Of a stretch of DNA of 64,000 bases, positions 7,883 to 16,469 are shown one piece after another. The notes below the pieces were generated by a model. The model was not told where the DNA came from. It did not search any database and saw only the letters and a program-made list of their open reading frames with translations. Origin of the DNA: a virus; the IMG/VR virus record IMGVR_UViG_3300012662_000001, positions 32,001-96,000 of that record. One strand, written 5' to 3'. The number at the start of each line of letters is the position of its first letter. Position 1 is the first letter of the stretch. The position numbers and the translations under genes are program-made.

Positions 7883-8233
7883 ATGAAACAGATTGACACT
7901 ATGAACATCACGACCCCTAAATGGCACATAGAAGAGCTTACGGGCTATAAGCCTGAGACGACGTTCTGGCAGGATTTCTCCGTCGTTGAGAAGATGAACG
8001 GCCTTAATGGCGTTCAGGAGACGTTCAACAGAGCGTTCAAGGAGTGGTCAGACCACTATAGATACCTCACCGAGCTTGTTCTCGTGCTCAACTGGAAGTG
8101 CTGGGACTGGTATGATCAGGGTGATGAGGATATGTCTATGCTCTACCAGAACCTCTTCTATCAGGCAAGGGACTATGCTCTGGACAACCTCAAGGACGAA
8201 GAACTTTCCTATTTCGTGAAAACTACGGATTAG
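7883..8233 (+). CDS. hypothetical protein
   Basis: 116-aa ORF downstream of a promoter cassette. Confidence 0.65.
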   Translation: MKQIDTMNITTPKWHIEELTGYKPETTFWQDFSVVEKMNGLNGVQETFNRAFKEWSDHYRYLTELVLVLNWKCWDWYDQGDEDMSMLYQNLFYQARDYALDNLKDEELSYFVKTTD

Positions 8234-8266
8234 TCCTTGGATATTCCAGAAATATGACTACCTTTG
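8234..8266 (+). promoter_or_regulatory. phage promoter cassette
   Basis: tccttggatattccagaaatatgacTACCTTTG, then the leader ccgttaatcattaaatcac before the ATG at 8296. Confidence 0.6.
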
Positions 8267-8295
8267 TGGCCGTTAATCATTAAATCACTTACGTT

Positions 8296-9786
8296 ATGGG
8301 ATTCACACCGAGCAAGTATCAGCAGCGCATCTATGATTTCATAGAGCAGGGCACAGGCAACGCAGTCATCAACGCAGTCGCAGGAAGCGGCAAGACAACA
8401 ACCCTAATCAGTCTCCTGGAACGTGTTTCGGCCACGAGCAGGGTTCTCTTTCTGGCCTTTAATAAGAGCATCGTGGAGGAACTGAAGATAAAGACCTCCC
8501 GATTCAGCAATGTGGACGTTAGAACACTGCACTCACTCGGATGCTCGGCTCTCCGTAAGCAGCTCTCCATAGGAGACATCAACAGCAGCAAGTATCGTCA
8601 ATACGTCACGGAGCAGCTGAAGTCAGGAGCATACGCCCCCACACGAGAGCTGTCTCTGAAGGAGAAGTCTGAGTATAAGAGCAACGTGCTGGATCTCATC
8701 GACCTCGCACGTGTCAATCTGTGTCAGTCCGCTCAGGAGGTTGCCGCTGTGGCCGAGAAGCACGGTCTGTTCCTGCACGACAACGAGATACAGCTCGCCC
8801 TGAATGCAATTGTCTGGGGTCGCAGCGAAAGCGGCCTTTCCACCATCGACTTCACGGATATGATATATCTTCCTTGCTACTTCAGCGAGGTGCGGTTCTT
8901 CAAGTATGACCTCGTCCTAATAGACGAGTGTCAGGACTTGAATGCGGCTCAGAGAACTTTATTCCTCAAGACCATTAAGCGCAACGGACGCTTCGTGGCC
9001 GTGGGGGATCCTCGTCAGGCGATATACGGCTTCGCTGGAGCGGACGTGGAGTCATTCAACCTCCTCAAGTCCCTCCCTAACACGGTGGAGCTTCCGCTGT
9101 CAGTGTGCTATCGCTGTGACAGGGAGATTATCAGGAAAGCCCAGACGGAGGTTCCACAGATAGAGTGGCGTGAGAACGCTCCTGACGGCACGGTGAACAG
9201 TGACGCCAAAATTGCCGACGTCAAGGACGGTGATATGGTGCTGTGTCGTCTGTCAGCACCGCTCGTGGCTCTCTGCATCAGGTGGATAGGTGATGGCGTC
9301 AAGGCCTACATCAAGGGTCGTGACATCGGCACCAACCTCGTCAATATGCTCCAGAAGACCAAGCGTGTCCGCATCAAGGACGCTCTCAATGTTCTCCGCA
9401 AGGAATTGGCTCGTGTTCAGGGGGAGATACAGAGGACGTGCGGTATGTCTCCTGAGGAGGCCGTCCAGCACACCGCCTATGTCCTCTATGAGGATAAGAT
9501 TAAGGCGATAGAGGTCATCGCCGAGGGACTGACCAAGGTTGAGGAGGTGTGTGATCGCATCAACGCAATCTTCAGTGACGAGAGCAAGCAGGGCATCTGT
9601 CTTTCGACCGTTCACAAGTCCAAGGGACTGGAGAGTGACAGAGTGTTCATCGTCTGTCCTGACAAGTTCCTACTGAAGCGGTCAATGCGAATTCCGTGGA
9701 TGGCGGAGCAGGAGCACAACCTCGTCTATGTGGCCTACACAAGAGCGAAGCACTATCTCGGCTTCGTGACGGACTTTAAGATATAA
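8296..9786 (+). CDS. UvrD/PcrA-like superfamily 1 DNA helicase
   Basis: Walker A AVAGSGKTTT, Walker B/motif II LIDECQDLN, VGDPRQAIYGFAGAD, STVHKSKGLESDRVFIV and VYVAYTRAK. Confidence 0.9.
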   Translation: MGFTPSKYQQRIYDFIEQGTGNAVINAVAGSGKTTTLISLLERVSATSRVLFLAFNKSIVEELKIKTSRFSNVDVRTLHSLGCSALRKQLSIGDINSSKYRQYVTEQLKSGAYAPTRELSLKEKSEYKSNVLDLIDLARVNLCQSAQEVAAVAEKHGLFLHDNEIQLALNAIVWGRSESGLSTIDFTDMIYLPCYFSEVRFFKYDLVLIDECQDLNAAQRTLFLKTIKRNGRFVAVGDPRQAIYGFAGADVESFNLLKSLPNTVELPLSVCYRCDREIIRKAQTEVPQIEWRENAPDGTVNSDAKIADVKDGDMVLCRLSAPLVALCIRWIGDGVKAYIKGRDIGTNLVNMLQKTKRVRIKDALNVLRKELARVQGEIQRTCGMSPEEAVQHTAYVLYEDKIKAIEVIAEGLTKVEEVCDRINAIFSDESKQGICLSTVHKSKGLESDRVFIVCPDKFLLKRSMRIPWMAEQEHNLVYVAYTRAKHYLGFVTDFKI

Positions 9787-9797
9787 TTTCCTGGATT

Positions 9798-9832
9798 GCT
9801 CCTTGGATATCCAAGGAGCAGCCTTATATTTG
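9798..9832 (+). promoter_or_regulatory. perfect 22-bp palindrome (terminator-like hairpin or operator) plus a -7 box
   Basis: gctccttggatatccaaggagc (9798-9819), then TATATTTG (9825-9832). Confidence 0.55.
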
Positions 9833-9856
9833 CACACAGATTAAAACACACACGAT

Positions 9857-10327
9857 ATGACAGAAGGACTAAAAATCACCCTTGACGGATGGACAGGGAA
9901 CTACAACGTGACCGAAATAACAGCCAGTGAGGACGGAACGGTGACGCTCCGATGCACACCTCGGGATGGGGGTGTGAAAGTCGCCCAGAGGGCGGAAAAC
10001 TCGGGAACCGTGGCACGACCACGAATTCGTTCCTATATGCACTGTTCAGGGCTTGTGCGTATGCTCGTGAACGGCAGAATGGTTACGGCAGCCGTCACGC
10101 ACTGCACTGACAGAGCGGTGCGAGTGCTGAATCTCGAACTTGGTGCGGCCTGGATCCCCAAGAACGTTCTCAGGTGGTCAGAAGTGGCCGGAATGCTCTG
10201 TGTCGTGGACGCTGACTACTGGCCGGACTTCACGACGGAGGTCAGCCCATCTATGATGGAATATCCTGTTCTGTTCAACGCAGAGGAGCTGTATGACAGA
10301 GAATTCACTCCAAACACCTATCTTTGA
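9857..10327 (+). CDS. hypothetical protein
   Basis: 156-aa ORF with an ATG start. Confidence 0.6.
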   Translation: MTEGLKITLDGWTGNYNVTEITASEDGTVTLRCTPRDGGVKVAQRAENSGTVARPRIRSYMHCSGLVRMLVNGRMVTAAVTHCTDRAVRVLNLELGAAWIPKNVLRWSEVAGMLCVVDADYWPDFTTEVSPSMMEYPVLFNAEELYDREFTPNTYL

Positions 10328-10350
10328 TTCCGTTTCAAAACCACATAGAG

Positions 10351-10512
10351 ATGAAAATGGAAGATATGATAAATAGAACTCTCCTATGGCTTGAGGGTCT
10401 AAATCTTGTTGACAGGATGATGGCCGTCACAGCAATAATGATTGGGGCTGCATTCACTGGAGCACTTATAGCTCTCACGTTAATGAGCCTTTTATGCCTG
10501 ATAGCCAATTAG
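10351..10512 (+). CDS. small single-pass membrane protein (holin-like position)
   Basis: The track ORF starts at TTG 10324; the first ATG is 10351. It has one hydrophobic helix (AVTAIMIGAAFTGALIALTLMSLLCLI) and sits directly upstream of the glucosaminidase. Confidence 0.5.
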   Translation: MKMEDMINRTLLWLEGLNLVDRMMAVTAIMIGAAFTGALIALTLMSLLCLIAN

Positions 10513-10534
10513 TTAAACAGTTATAAAAAGAGAA

Positions 10535-11047
10535 ATGATTATGAAGGAAAGAACATTATGGCCACTCGTGATGGGAGTGGTTGCATTTGTAGGCATTGTA
10601 TTCACTGTAACACGATGCACTCACAGAACTGACGAGGTGGTGGAGGAATGTGAAGAACACCACTTTGACGACACTGTGCAGAATGCAGAGATTATGGAAT
10701 CCGTCTATGATAGAATCTTCCAGCTCCGTCTGGATCACCCTGACATCGTGATGGCGCAGTGTATTCTGGAAAGCGGTGAGTTCACTTCCGACCTGTTCAA
10801 GGAGGGTAACAACTGTCTCGGTATGAAAGTTCCTGGACATCGTCCAACGTTTGCCGTGGGTGTATATAGAAATCACGCCAAGTTCAGGTCGTGGCACGAC
10901 TGCATCGCCGACTATGCTCTGTGGCAGAGCGCCTATGGGAGGGGTCTTTCGGATGACGCCTATCTGGCTCTGCTGGATAGAATATATGCCGAGGACGGCT
11001 CGTATGCAGGCAAGTTGAAATCAATCATTCGCAAATATAATCTATAG
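10535..11047 (+). CDS. peptidoglycan N-acetylglucosaminidase-family protein with an N-terminal membrane anchor
   Basis: N-terminal TM segment LWPLVMGVVAFVGIVFTV. The catalytic-region pattern AQCILESGEFTSDLFKEGNNCLGMK...F.SW.DCIADYALW resembles the FlgJ/mannosyl-glycoprotein glucosaminidase domain. Confidence 0.7.
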   Translation: MIMKERTLWPLVMGVVAFVGIVFTVTRCTHRTDEVVEECEEHHFDDTVQNAEIMESVYDRIFQLRLDHPDIVMAQCILESGEFTSDLFKEGNNCLGMKVPGHRPTFAVGVYRNHAKFRSWHDCIADYALWQSAYGRGLSDDAYLALLDRIYAEDGSYAGKLKSIIRKYNL

Positions 11048-11050
11048 TCT

Positions 11051-11206
11051 ATGTGGAAAATAGTCAAGTCCCGTGTGGACAGAAACGCTGACTTCTTCAA
11101 GCAGATGGAGGATCAGGGGTGGGAACTGAAGTCAGCCCTCTACTCGTGTATGGATGGAATGTATCACTATATCTTTAGAAAGGAGAGTGACGATGCACAG
11201 CGGTAG
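11051..11206 (+). CDS. possible small ORF (51 aa), not in the supplied track
   Basis: ATG at 11051 to TAG at 11204-11206 (MWKIVKSRVDRNADFFKQMEDQGWELKSALYSCMDGMYHYIFRKESDDAQR). Confidence 0.4.
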   Translation: MWKIVKSRVDRNADFFKQMEDQGWELKSALYSCMDGMYHYIFRKESDDAQR

Positions 11207-11579
11207 AGCGGAGCGATTCCATCCCCATTGTTGCATCGTTCCGGGCAATGTCACACTTCTGCTATACTACATCACACGTGTCATCGGGAAGCCCGTGTTC
11301 GCCAGAACACAGCTTTCCCTTTTCCGAACTCCAGTGTGGTGGCAATGGATTCAGGAGAACAATCTACCTCCTTCAATAGTCAATCTTATGGACGGCACAC
11401 TGGAGGAGAACTATGGTCTTAAGATAGAGGGCGGTGACGTGGAGACGACGAACATCAATCTCGCTGATGACAGCGCTCTAATCTGTGAGCGGTGGCTGGA
11501 AGGGTGGCGCAAGCAGTGCGCTCATCGCTCATACAGGCAGCACAACACCACGGAGTTCCGACCTCTGCTTGCGAATTAG
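11193..11579 (+). CDS. possible hypothetical protein
   Basis: Internal ATG of track ORF 11154..11579. Coding status is uncertain. Confidence 0.35.
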   Translation: MHSGRAERFHPHCCIVPGNVTLLLYYITRVIGKPVFARTQLSLFRTPVWWQWIQENNLPPSIVNLMDGTLEENYGLKIEGGDVETTNINLADDSALICERWLEGWRKQCAHRSYRQHNTTEFRPLLAN

Positions 11580-11643
11580 GTGGATGAATCCAGGGAATAT
11601 TCAATGGAATGCACGTTATGTCTTTTTAAATTTATAAAGAAGT

Positions 11644-11973
11644 ATGAGACAGTCAGAATTATGCAAGGAGATAGCCGCCAGAACGGCTGTCAGACCGTTA
11701 GGCGTCAGGGCGTGTCTTGAAGCGTTCACGGACATTCTCAGGGAGAAGACCCTTGGGGAGGGCGTGGAGATCATCACTCCGTTCGGCAAGTTTGGCCGCA
11801 AGACGTTTGCGGCCAGAAAGTGTCGAAACCCGAAGACAGGAAAGATCACCGTGACGCAGGAGACACGAGCACTGGCGTTCAGCACCAGAAAGAAGCTAAA
11901 GCTTCACCTGATGGAGGACGGCTCCTATAAAGCCATTCCACCACGCAAGCGCAAGTCAACAGTAAAGAAGTAG
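11644..11973 (+). CDS. HU/IHF-family histone-like DNA-binding protein
   Basis: LCKEIAARTAV...ACLEAFTDIL...FGKFGRKTFAARKCRNPKTGKITVTQETRALAFSTRKKLK matches the HU beta-arm pattern (FG.F....R.AR.GRNP.TG..i.i.a...v.F). Confidence 0.8.
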   Translation: MRQSELCKEIAARTAVRPLGVRACLEAFTDILREKTLGEGVEIITPFGKFGRKTFAARKCRNPKTGKITVTQETRALAFSTRKKLKLHLMEDGSYKAIPPRKRKSTVKK

Positions 11974-11977
11974 CGTT

Positions 11978-12469
11978 ATGGCAGCACCGAGAAAAAAATC
12001 AGCAGCGTCGGACGTAATCGTTCCGAAATGGAACGCTCGATTCGAGATTCAACCTGTGAAATTTGATCTTCACGACCACATCGACTTTCACAATAGATGG
12101 TGGCCAAAAGTCATCTGGATGGATGGGGTATGGCCAAAGCGTAACAGCAACATCATTGTGGACGTCACAGGTCAGACGTACACGTTCCGTCAGGTGTCAG
12201 TTCGCTCAACGAATATGGAGACACCCTTCCCGACTGAAGCCCTCTACCTGATAGAGACGCCAAGCACCGTCACCGTCTGCTCCAGCTCCTCCTTCTGGAG
12301 CTATGGCAAGAAAGTTCTCGCCGAGGGACGCAAGGGTGCTCGTATGTGGCCGTCCTACCTCAACTATCTTATGGAGTTTGCCCTTGTGACGTACAGCCGT
12401 GAGGACTGGGGCAGGCTTCAGGCCGAGGGACACATCACCATTGTCGAGAGTCAAATCAAACAGCAGTAA
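11978..12469 (+). CDS. hypothetical protein
   Basis: 163-aa ORF. Confidence 0.6.
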   Translation: MAAPRKKSAASDVIVPKWNARFEIQPVKFDLHDHIDFHNRWWPKVIWMDGVWPKRNSNIIVDVTGQTYTFRQVSVRSTNMETPFPTEALYLIETPSTVTVCSSSSFWSYGKKVLAEGRKGARMWPSYLNYLMEFALVTYSREDWGRLQAEGHITIVESQIKQQ

Positions 12470-12475
12470 CGCATT

Positions 12476-12898
12476 ATGAAAAAGTGGATTAAGAAGAAGT
12501 TCAAGGGGTTTTTCGAGTGGGCTTTCAGTGAAGAACTCGACAATATGAGAACCACCTGTGACAGACAGCAGCACACAACATCCCAGATGCAGAAGGAGAT
12601 AGAAGACTTGCGCATCCTTCAGAACCAACTCAACATCTATGAGAGAAAGTTGAAGGCACTTCTGGGCAGCATCTCTGTGTCGGCCAATCTCCCTAAAAAG
12701 GCGGAAAACTGGGCGGTGATATCCATTCAGGGTGAGCAGATAGACTATGTGAAGTTCATCGCTCTACCGAAGAACGATATGATCGCCATCAGTCAGTTCC
12801 TTGCACAGTTCCAGTCTCACGCACTGGAGACAAGTCCAGCGAACTATAATCTTGTGAACGGCAAGATAATCGAAATTAAGAACAACAAACAGCAGTAG
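12476..12898 (+). CDS. hypothetical protein
   Basis: 140-aa ORF. Confidence 0.6.
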   Translation: MKKWIKKKFKGFFEWAFSEELDNMRTTCDRQQHTTSQMQKEIEDLRILQNQLNIYERKLKALLGSISVSANLPKKAENWAVISIQGEQIDYVKFIALPKNDMIAISQFLAQFQSHALETSPANYNLVNGKIIEIKNNKQQ

Positions 12899-12900
12899 AA

Positions 12901-13677
12901 ATGAAACTTTCAGAAAAAAGAATCGTGTTCGTCGATATGGACGACACCCTAATTAAGACAGCGTCAGGCAAGACCTTTCCTCTGGGCGTGTACGATATGA
13001 CGCTTCGCCTGGACGTGTTTGCAAAGATAAAGATGATAGCCCCGAATGCGGTGTTCATCGTGTCCAATCAGGGTGGTCTGGAGACAGGTAACGTCAACCC
13101 AACGCTCTTTCAGCACAAGTTTATGTATGTGATAGCGGCTCTGCAGGAGTTTCTCGGACTGCACACATTCGTCGCAGGAAAGTTCTGCCCGACCCAGAAC
13201 CCAAAATTTGAGGGTCGCAAGCCGAACACAGCAATGCTCACTTCTATGCTGGACGAGTTTGAGCAGATAGTGAAGGACTACAAGTTTACCAAGGAGGAGT
13301 GTGTGTACATCGGTGACACGCTCATTGACACGGAATGGAAGACGGCTGAGAACTTCGGATGTGACTTCGTGCCTGTGGAGGACTTCCTCGGTATGCACGT
13401 TGATCCTCCCACCTATCGCATCGTGAACAAAAAGGACTGTTCCGACTATGACGGCAGGATTCTTACCAAGGCTGAGGCCGTGCAGATAGTGCGTGAACAC
13501 ACTAATGAGAACGGTGAAACGGAATGGGACATCGTTCCAAGCAAGTTCCTCCCTCCAAAGCCTGATGCAGCTCCGGAACCTGAGGACAAAAACAAGCCGA
13601 GATCAAAGAAGGAAGTCAAGGTCGTCGTTCCTCCGTTCGTGAAAAAGGCGGCTGAGAAAGGAAAACTGAAGAACTAA
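12901..13677 (+). CDS. HAD-superfamily subfamily IIIA phosphatase (GmhB/HisB or polynucleotide 3'-phosphatase type) with a Lys/Pro-rich tail
   Basis: Motif I FVDMDDTLI, motif II VSNQGG, motif III GRKPNTAML, motif IV GDTLID. The C-terminus is PPKPDAAPEPEDKNKPRSKKEVK. No kinase P-loop is visible. Confidence 0.8.
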   Translation: MKLSEKRIVFVDMDDTLIKTASGKTFPLGVYDMTLRLDVFAKIKMIAPNAVFIVSNQGGLETGNVNPTLFQHKFMYVIAALQEFLGLHTFVAGKFCPTQNPKFEGRKPNTAMLTSMLDEFEQIVKDYKFTKEECVYIGDTLIDTEWKTAENFGCDFVPVEDFLGMHVDPPTYRIVNKKDCSDYDGRILTKAEAVQIVREHTNENGETEWDIVPSKFLPPKPDAAPEPEDKNKPRSKKEVKVVVPPFVKKAAEKGKLKN

Positions 13678-13681
13678 GATT

Positions 13682-13708
13682 TTCGGGGAGCAATCCCCGA
13701 ATTTCTTT
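13682..13708 (+). terminator. rho-independent-type terminator
   Basis: ttcgggga gcaa tccccgaa followed by tttcttt. Confidence 0.6.
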
Positions 13709-13748
13709 ATGACATCAGTTATATCTACAACAAATAAAATTACAGATT

Positions 13749-14432
13749 ATGAATTCAGAGAACTACTATTTCGTGTTTAAGGATATGAACAGTTCCTGTG
13801 GACGTGTCAAGGTTATGACATACCCCATTGAGAATCCAAGCAAGAACGCCCTTAAGAAAAAGGCCAAGAACATCATTGACAACGCTCAGAAAGCAGGAAT
13901 GCGGCTGGCTCTGCTGGAAGCCTATCCAGTAACTGAAAATGTATCTCAGAATCTACCGAAGCTGTCACGTCACACCAGAAATGAGCACCTTTACAAATAT
14001 GAAATTAATATGGGTGACATCCGTAGTGACAGAACCATTCGTGTTGACATCTATGAGTGCAGCACCGCTCCATATCTTCTCAATGAGAAACGTATCAAGG
14101 TTGTGTCTGAGGAATATGTGCAGAACGAGATTCGCAACGGCTATGAGATACTTGGAATCGCCTTTATGGGCGAAGAACAGTTTGTCACCGAGCCTATTAG
14201 TGACAGTGTGGTGGAAAACTCTCGCAAATCGTCTAAAAAGGACGAATATGTGTGGGTTAAGGTCAAGGACGGTGATGACGGTAACGGCATTAATTGGATT
14301 CCGGCTCGCAGAACCTCCAACGGTGAGATTGTGTCCTTCGTGGGTCTTATGTTCACGGACACTCCGAAGGAGGACACTCGCTCGTTCACGGACTGTCCAG
14401 TTCCTGGATACGTTATTACTACAACGATGTAA
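13749..14432 (+). CDS. hypothetical protein
   Basis: 227-aa ORF. The overlapping track ORFs 13939..14466 (+) and 13965..14462 (-) are treated as shadow frames. Confidence 0.6.
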   Translation: MNSENYYFVFKDMNSSCGRVKVMTYPIENPSKNALKKKAKNIIDNAQKAGMRLALLEAYPVTENVSQNLPKLSRHTRNEHLYKYEINMGDIRSDRTIRVDIYECSTAPYLLNEKRIKVVSEEYVQNEIRNGYEILGIAFMGEEQFVTEPISDSVVENSRKSSKKDEYVWVKVKDGDDGNGINWIPARRTSNGEIVSFVGLMFTDTPKEDTRSFTDCPVPGYVITTTM

Positions 14433-14477
14433 TGAGCATCGCATATTGTTTGTAAATTCCATTTGAATAGGTTGTTG

Positions 14478-14509
14478 CCCGATCGCCTGTGACAGGTTAT
14501 CGGGTTTTT
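14478..14509 (+). terminator. rho-independent-type terminator
   Basis: cccgat(N15)atcggg followed by ttttt. Confidence 0.6.
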
Positions 14510-14520
14510 CTTTATATTAA

Positions 14521-14554
14521 TCCTTGGATAATTCCAGACATTCCACTATATTTG
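14521..14554 (+). promoter_or_regulatory. phage promoter cassette
   Basis: tccttggataattccagacattccacTATATTTG, then the leader ccgtataatcattaaatcac before the ATG at 14583. Confidence 0.6.
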
Positions 14555-14582
14555 CCGTATAATCATTAAATCACGTTACACT

Positions 14583-14861
14583 ATGAACAGCAGCATCACA
14601 TTAAAATCATTCAAATTTCAGAACAGCTCAGGATACATCAAGACGGACTATGTTCAGATATGGTTCAAGGACAGAGAAGTGGGGGTCATCGCTCCGGAGG
14701 GCATCTTTCTTCGTATGTATGATCCTCACTGCAAGGAGGGCATCCTGAGGCCAATTGAAGCACCCAAAACAAACGATGTTTCAGTGCTTACAAGGTTCTT
14801 CAGGGGTCACTTTGACGCCATCAATGACCGCTACACGACTGTGTTCAGAAATGAGCAGTAG
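14583..14861 (+). CDS. hypothetical protein
   Basis: 92-aa ORF downstream of a promoter cassette. Confidence 0.6.
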   Translation: MNSSITLKSFKFQNSSGYIKTDYVQIWFKDREVGVIAPEGIFLRMYDPHCKEGILRPIEAPKTNDVSVLTRFFRGHFDAINDRYTTVFRNEQ

Positions 14862-15044
14862 GTTGCACATAAAACAAACTAAACGTATATTTGCCCCAAA
14901 GAAAAACGTTTCATAAGGGTGAATTGGTTTAGTCTTTTTGTTAGTGTTTAGGTTAAACTGGGGATTGACATTGCGGCTTACGAACTTCTTTCTTGTTGTT
15001 TGATTGGTTGTTATGTATTTGCTTAGATTTCTTTTCAATGAGCA

Positions 15045-15082
15045 GCCGAGGAGTACGGGCGTGACGCTTCTACTTCCTCGGC
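15045..15082. terminator. hairpin between convergent gene blocks
   Basis: gccgagga(N21)tcctcggc lies between the end of the plus-strand block (14861) and the end of the minus-strand island (15119). Confidence 0.5.
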
Positions 15083-15118
15083 AATCCTTTTGTATATATA
15101 TGTTCGCAGAAATGTTTC

Positions 15119-15574
15119 CTACACAATCGTGAAGTCAAGATGGACGTCGTCCACATCAATGAAGCCCTGTTCCACAAGCAGAGTTGCTATTGTACAGCCG
15201 TCCGTGAACCGCACGTCAATGACTGGATACAAATTAGTGACAACGGTGAACGAGCCAACCTTTTCTCTGTGCAGATTGTCCCATACAGGCACGACAGGCG
15301 GCCTTCGCTCTCGTGTGCGCACGCCGAACGTGCCGCCATCCTTGAGAATCGTTCTTGGCTGAACCAGAACTGTCTCCAGAGACCTGATGTACTTGCGCTT
15401 CAGCAGACAGAATGCCGTTCTACAGACGTCTCTGTTCAGTGTGATGTAGTCAGCGGACACGTGAAACTCCTCACGCACTCTATTACGAAAGTAGTTCGTG
15501 TCCTCCTTCAGCATATCGTCAAAGTCCATACGAAGCAGGTTCAAAAGCCGCTCCTCTACTTTAGCATTACCCAC
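15119..15574 (-). CDS. hypothetical protein
   Basis: 151-aa track ORF that starts at GTG 15574 and overlaps the peptidase gene by 19 nt. An alternative ATG is at 15529. Confidence 0.55.
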   Translation of the reverse strand: MGNAKVEERLLNLLRMDFDDMLKEDTNYFRNRVREEFHVSADYITLNRDVCRTAFCLLKRKYIRSLETVLVQPRTILKDGGTFGVRTRERRPPVVPVWDNLHREKVGSFTVVTNLYPVIDVRFTDGCTIATLLVEQGFIDVDDVHLDFTIV

Positions 15575-16152
15575 GATTCAATGATTTTATCAAAGTCACT
15601 TATAGGAAGACAGCCGTATCCATACGACCCCCAATCCAGACCCCACGTGTTCTTAAAGGTAAGTTCATCCTCACTGAACGCAGTCACCGTGACAGCGTGA
15701 TAACCCACAGGGCGACCCTCTCCAAGCCAGAACTGATTCGTTGCATTGTAGACAGGCAGAGCGATGAGAATCGGACCGCACGACACAAGAGCCGACTTCA
15801 TAGCCATAACGGACGGAATTCGAGCGTATAGAGAGACAATGCCGTTCTTCCGAAGTATTTCCATACCCTCCCGAGGTGTCATTCCCTCAACGGCCTTATT
15901 CTGTCTTCTGTCGTACACCCATCGTCTGTCTATGGGACACGTGTCACGGCTCCACTTCTCTCTGTCATACCTGACCATCTCATATAGGCACTGAGACACG
16001 CAGCTTCCATCAGCACCCTGATTGATGACGTCATTCCTAACATCAGCTCCAAAGAGTTTTGGAGTGGCTGTTGACAGAATCTGAACATATTCCACGTCCT
16101 TTGAACTTGCTCCTGACGGCTCGCAGCCGCATCTAATGTTCTTCAGTATCAT
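15556..16152 (-). CDS. papain-like cysteine peptidase (C1 family-like)
   Basis: NQGADGSCVSQC (oxyanion Gln plus catalytic Cys region), GYHAVTVTAF (catalytic His) and FKNTWGLDWGSYGYG (Asn-Ser/Thr-Trp-Gly region). No obvious signal peptide. Confidence 0.75.
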   Translation of the reverse strand: MILKNIRCGCEPSGASSKDVEYVQILSTATPKLFGADVRNDVINQGADGSCVSQCLYEMVRYDREKWSRDTCPIDRRWVYDRRQNKAVEGMTPREGMEILRKNGIVSLYARIPSVMAMKSALVSCGPILIALPVYNATNQFWLGEGRPVGYHAVTVTAFSEDELTFKNTWGLDWGSYGYGCLPISDFDKIIESWVMLK

Positions 16153-16468
16153 AGTAGATTGAAATTATCAGCCATATCAGTGAATCCGTGCAGACGCAGA
16201 ACGTGCTGAAGCTCGTGCACAAACTCGACTTTTATGTTTCCAGACCAAAAACAATTCTTGTTTGAATCATAGTCCAGAATGAAGTCTGGATCCTCTTTAT
16301 CACCCATAGAATAGGCCGCCCATCCTTGCTTCCAGCCGTCTCGCAGAAGCCGACTTCAATCTCTTCGTGTCAATCTTCAAAAGTTTCATCACAAAACGAC
16401 ATTCTTCTTGGTTTATTGCTAAAGATAACCTCCTCTCTGTGCTTCCAGTTTACCGCTACCCACGCCAT
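16149..16468 (-). pseudogene. disrupted HExxH (zinc-metallopeptidase-like) gene
   Basis: The coding signal is spread over three frames: MAWVAVNWKHREEVIFSNKPRRMSFCDETFED* / ...LKSASARRLEARMGGLFYG* / ...GWAAYSMGDKEDPDFILDYDSNKNCFWSGNIKVEFVHELQHVLRLHGFTDMADNFNLL*. The terminal TGA overlaps the peptidase ATG (ATGA). No intact ORF of 60 aa or more exists here. Confidence 0.4.
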
Positions 16469-16469
16469 A

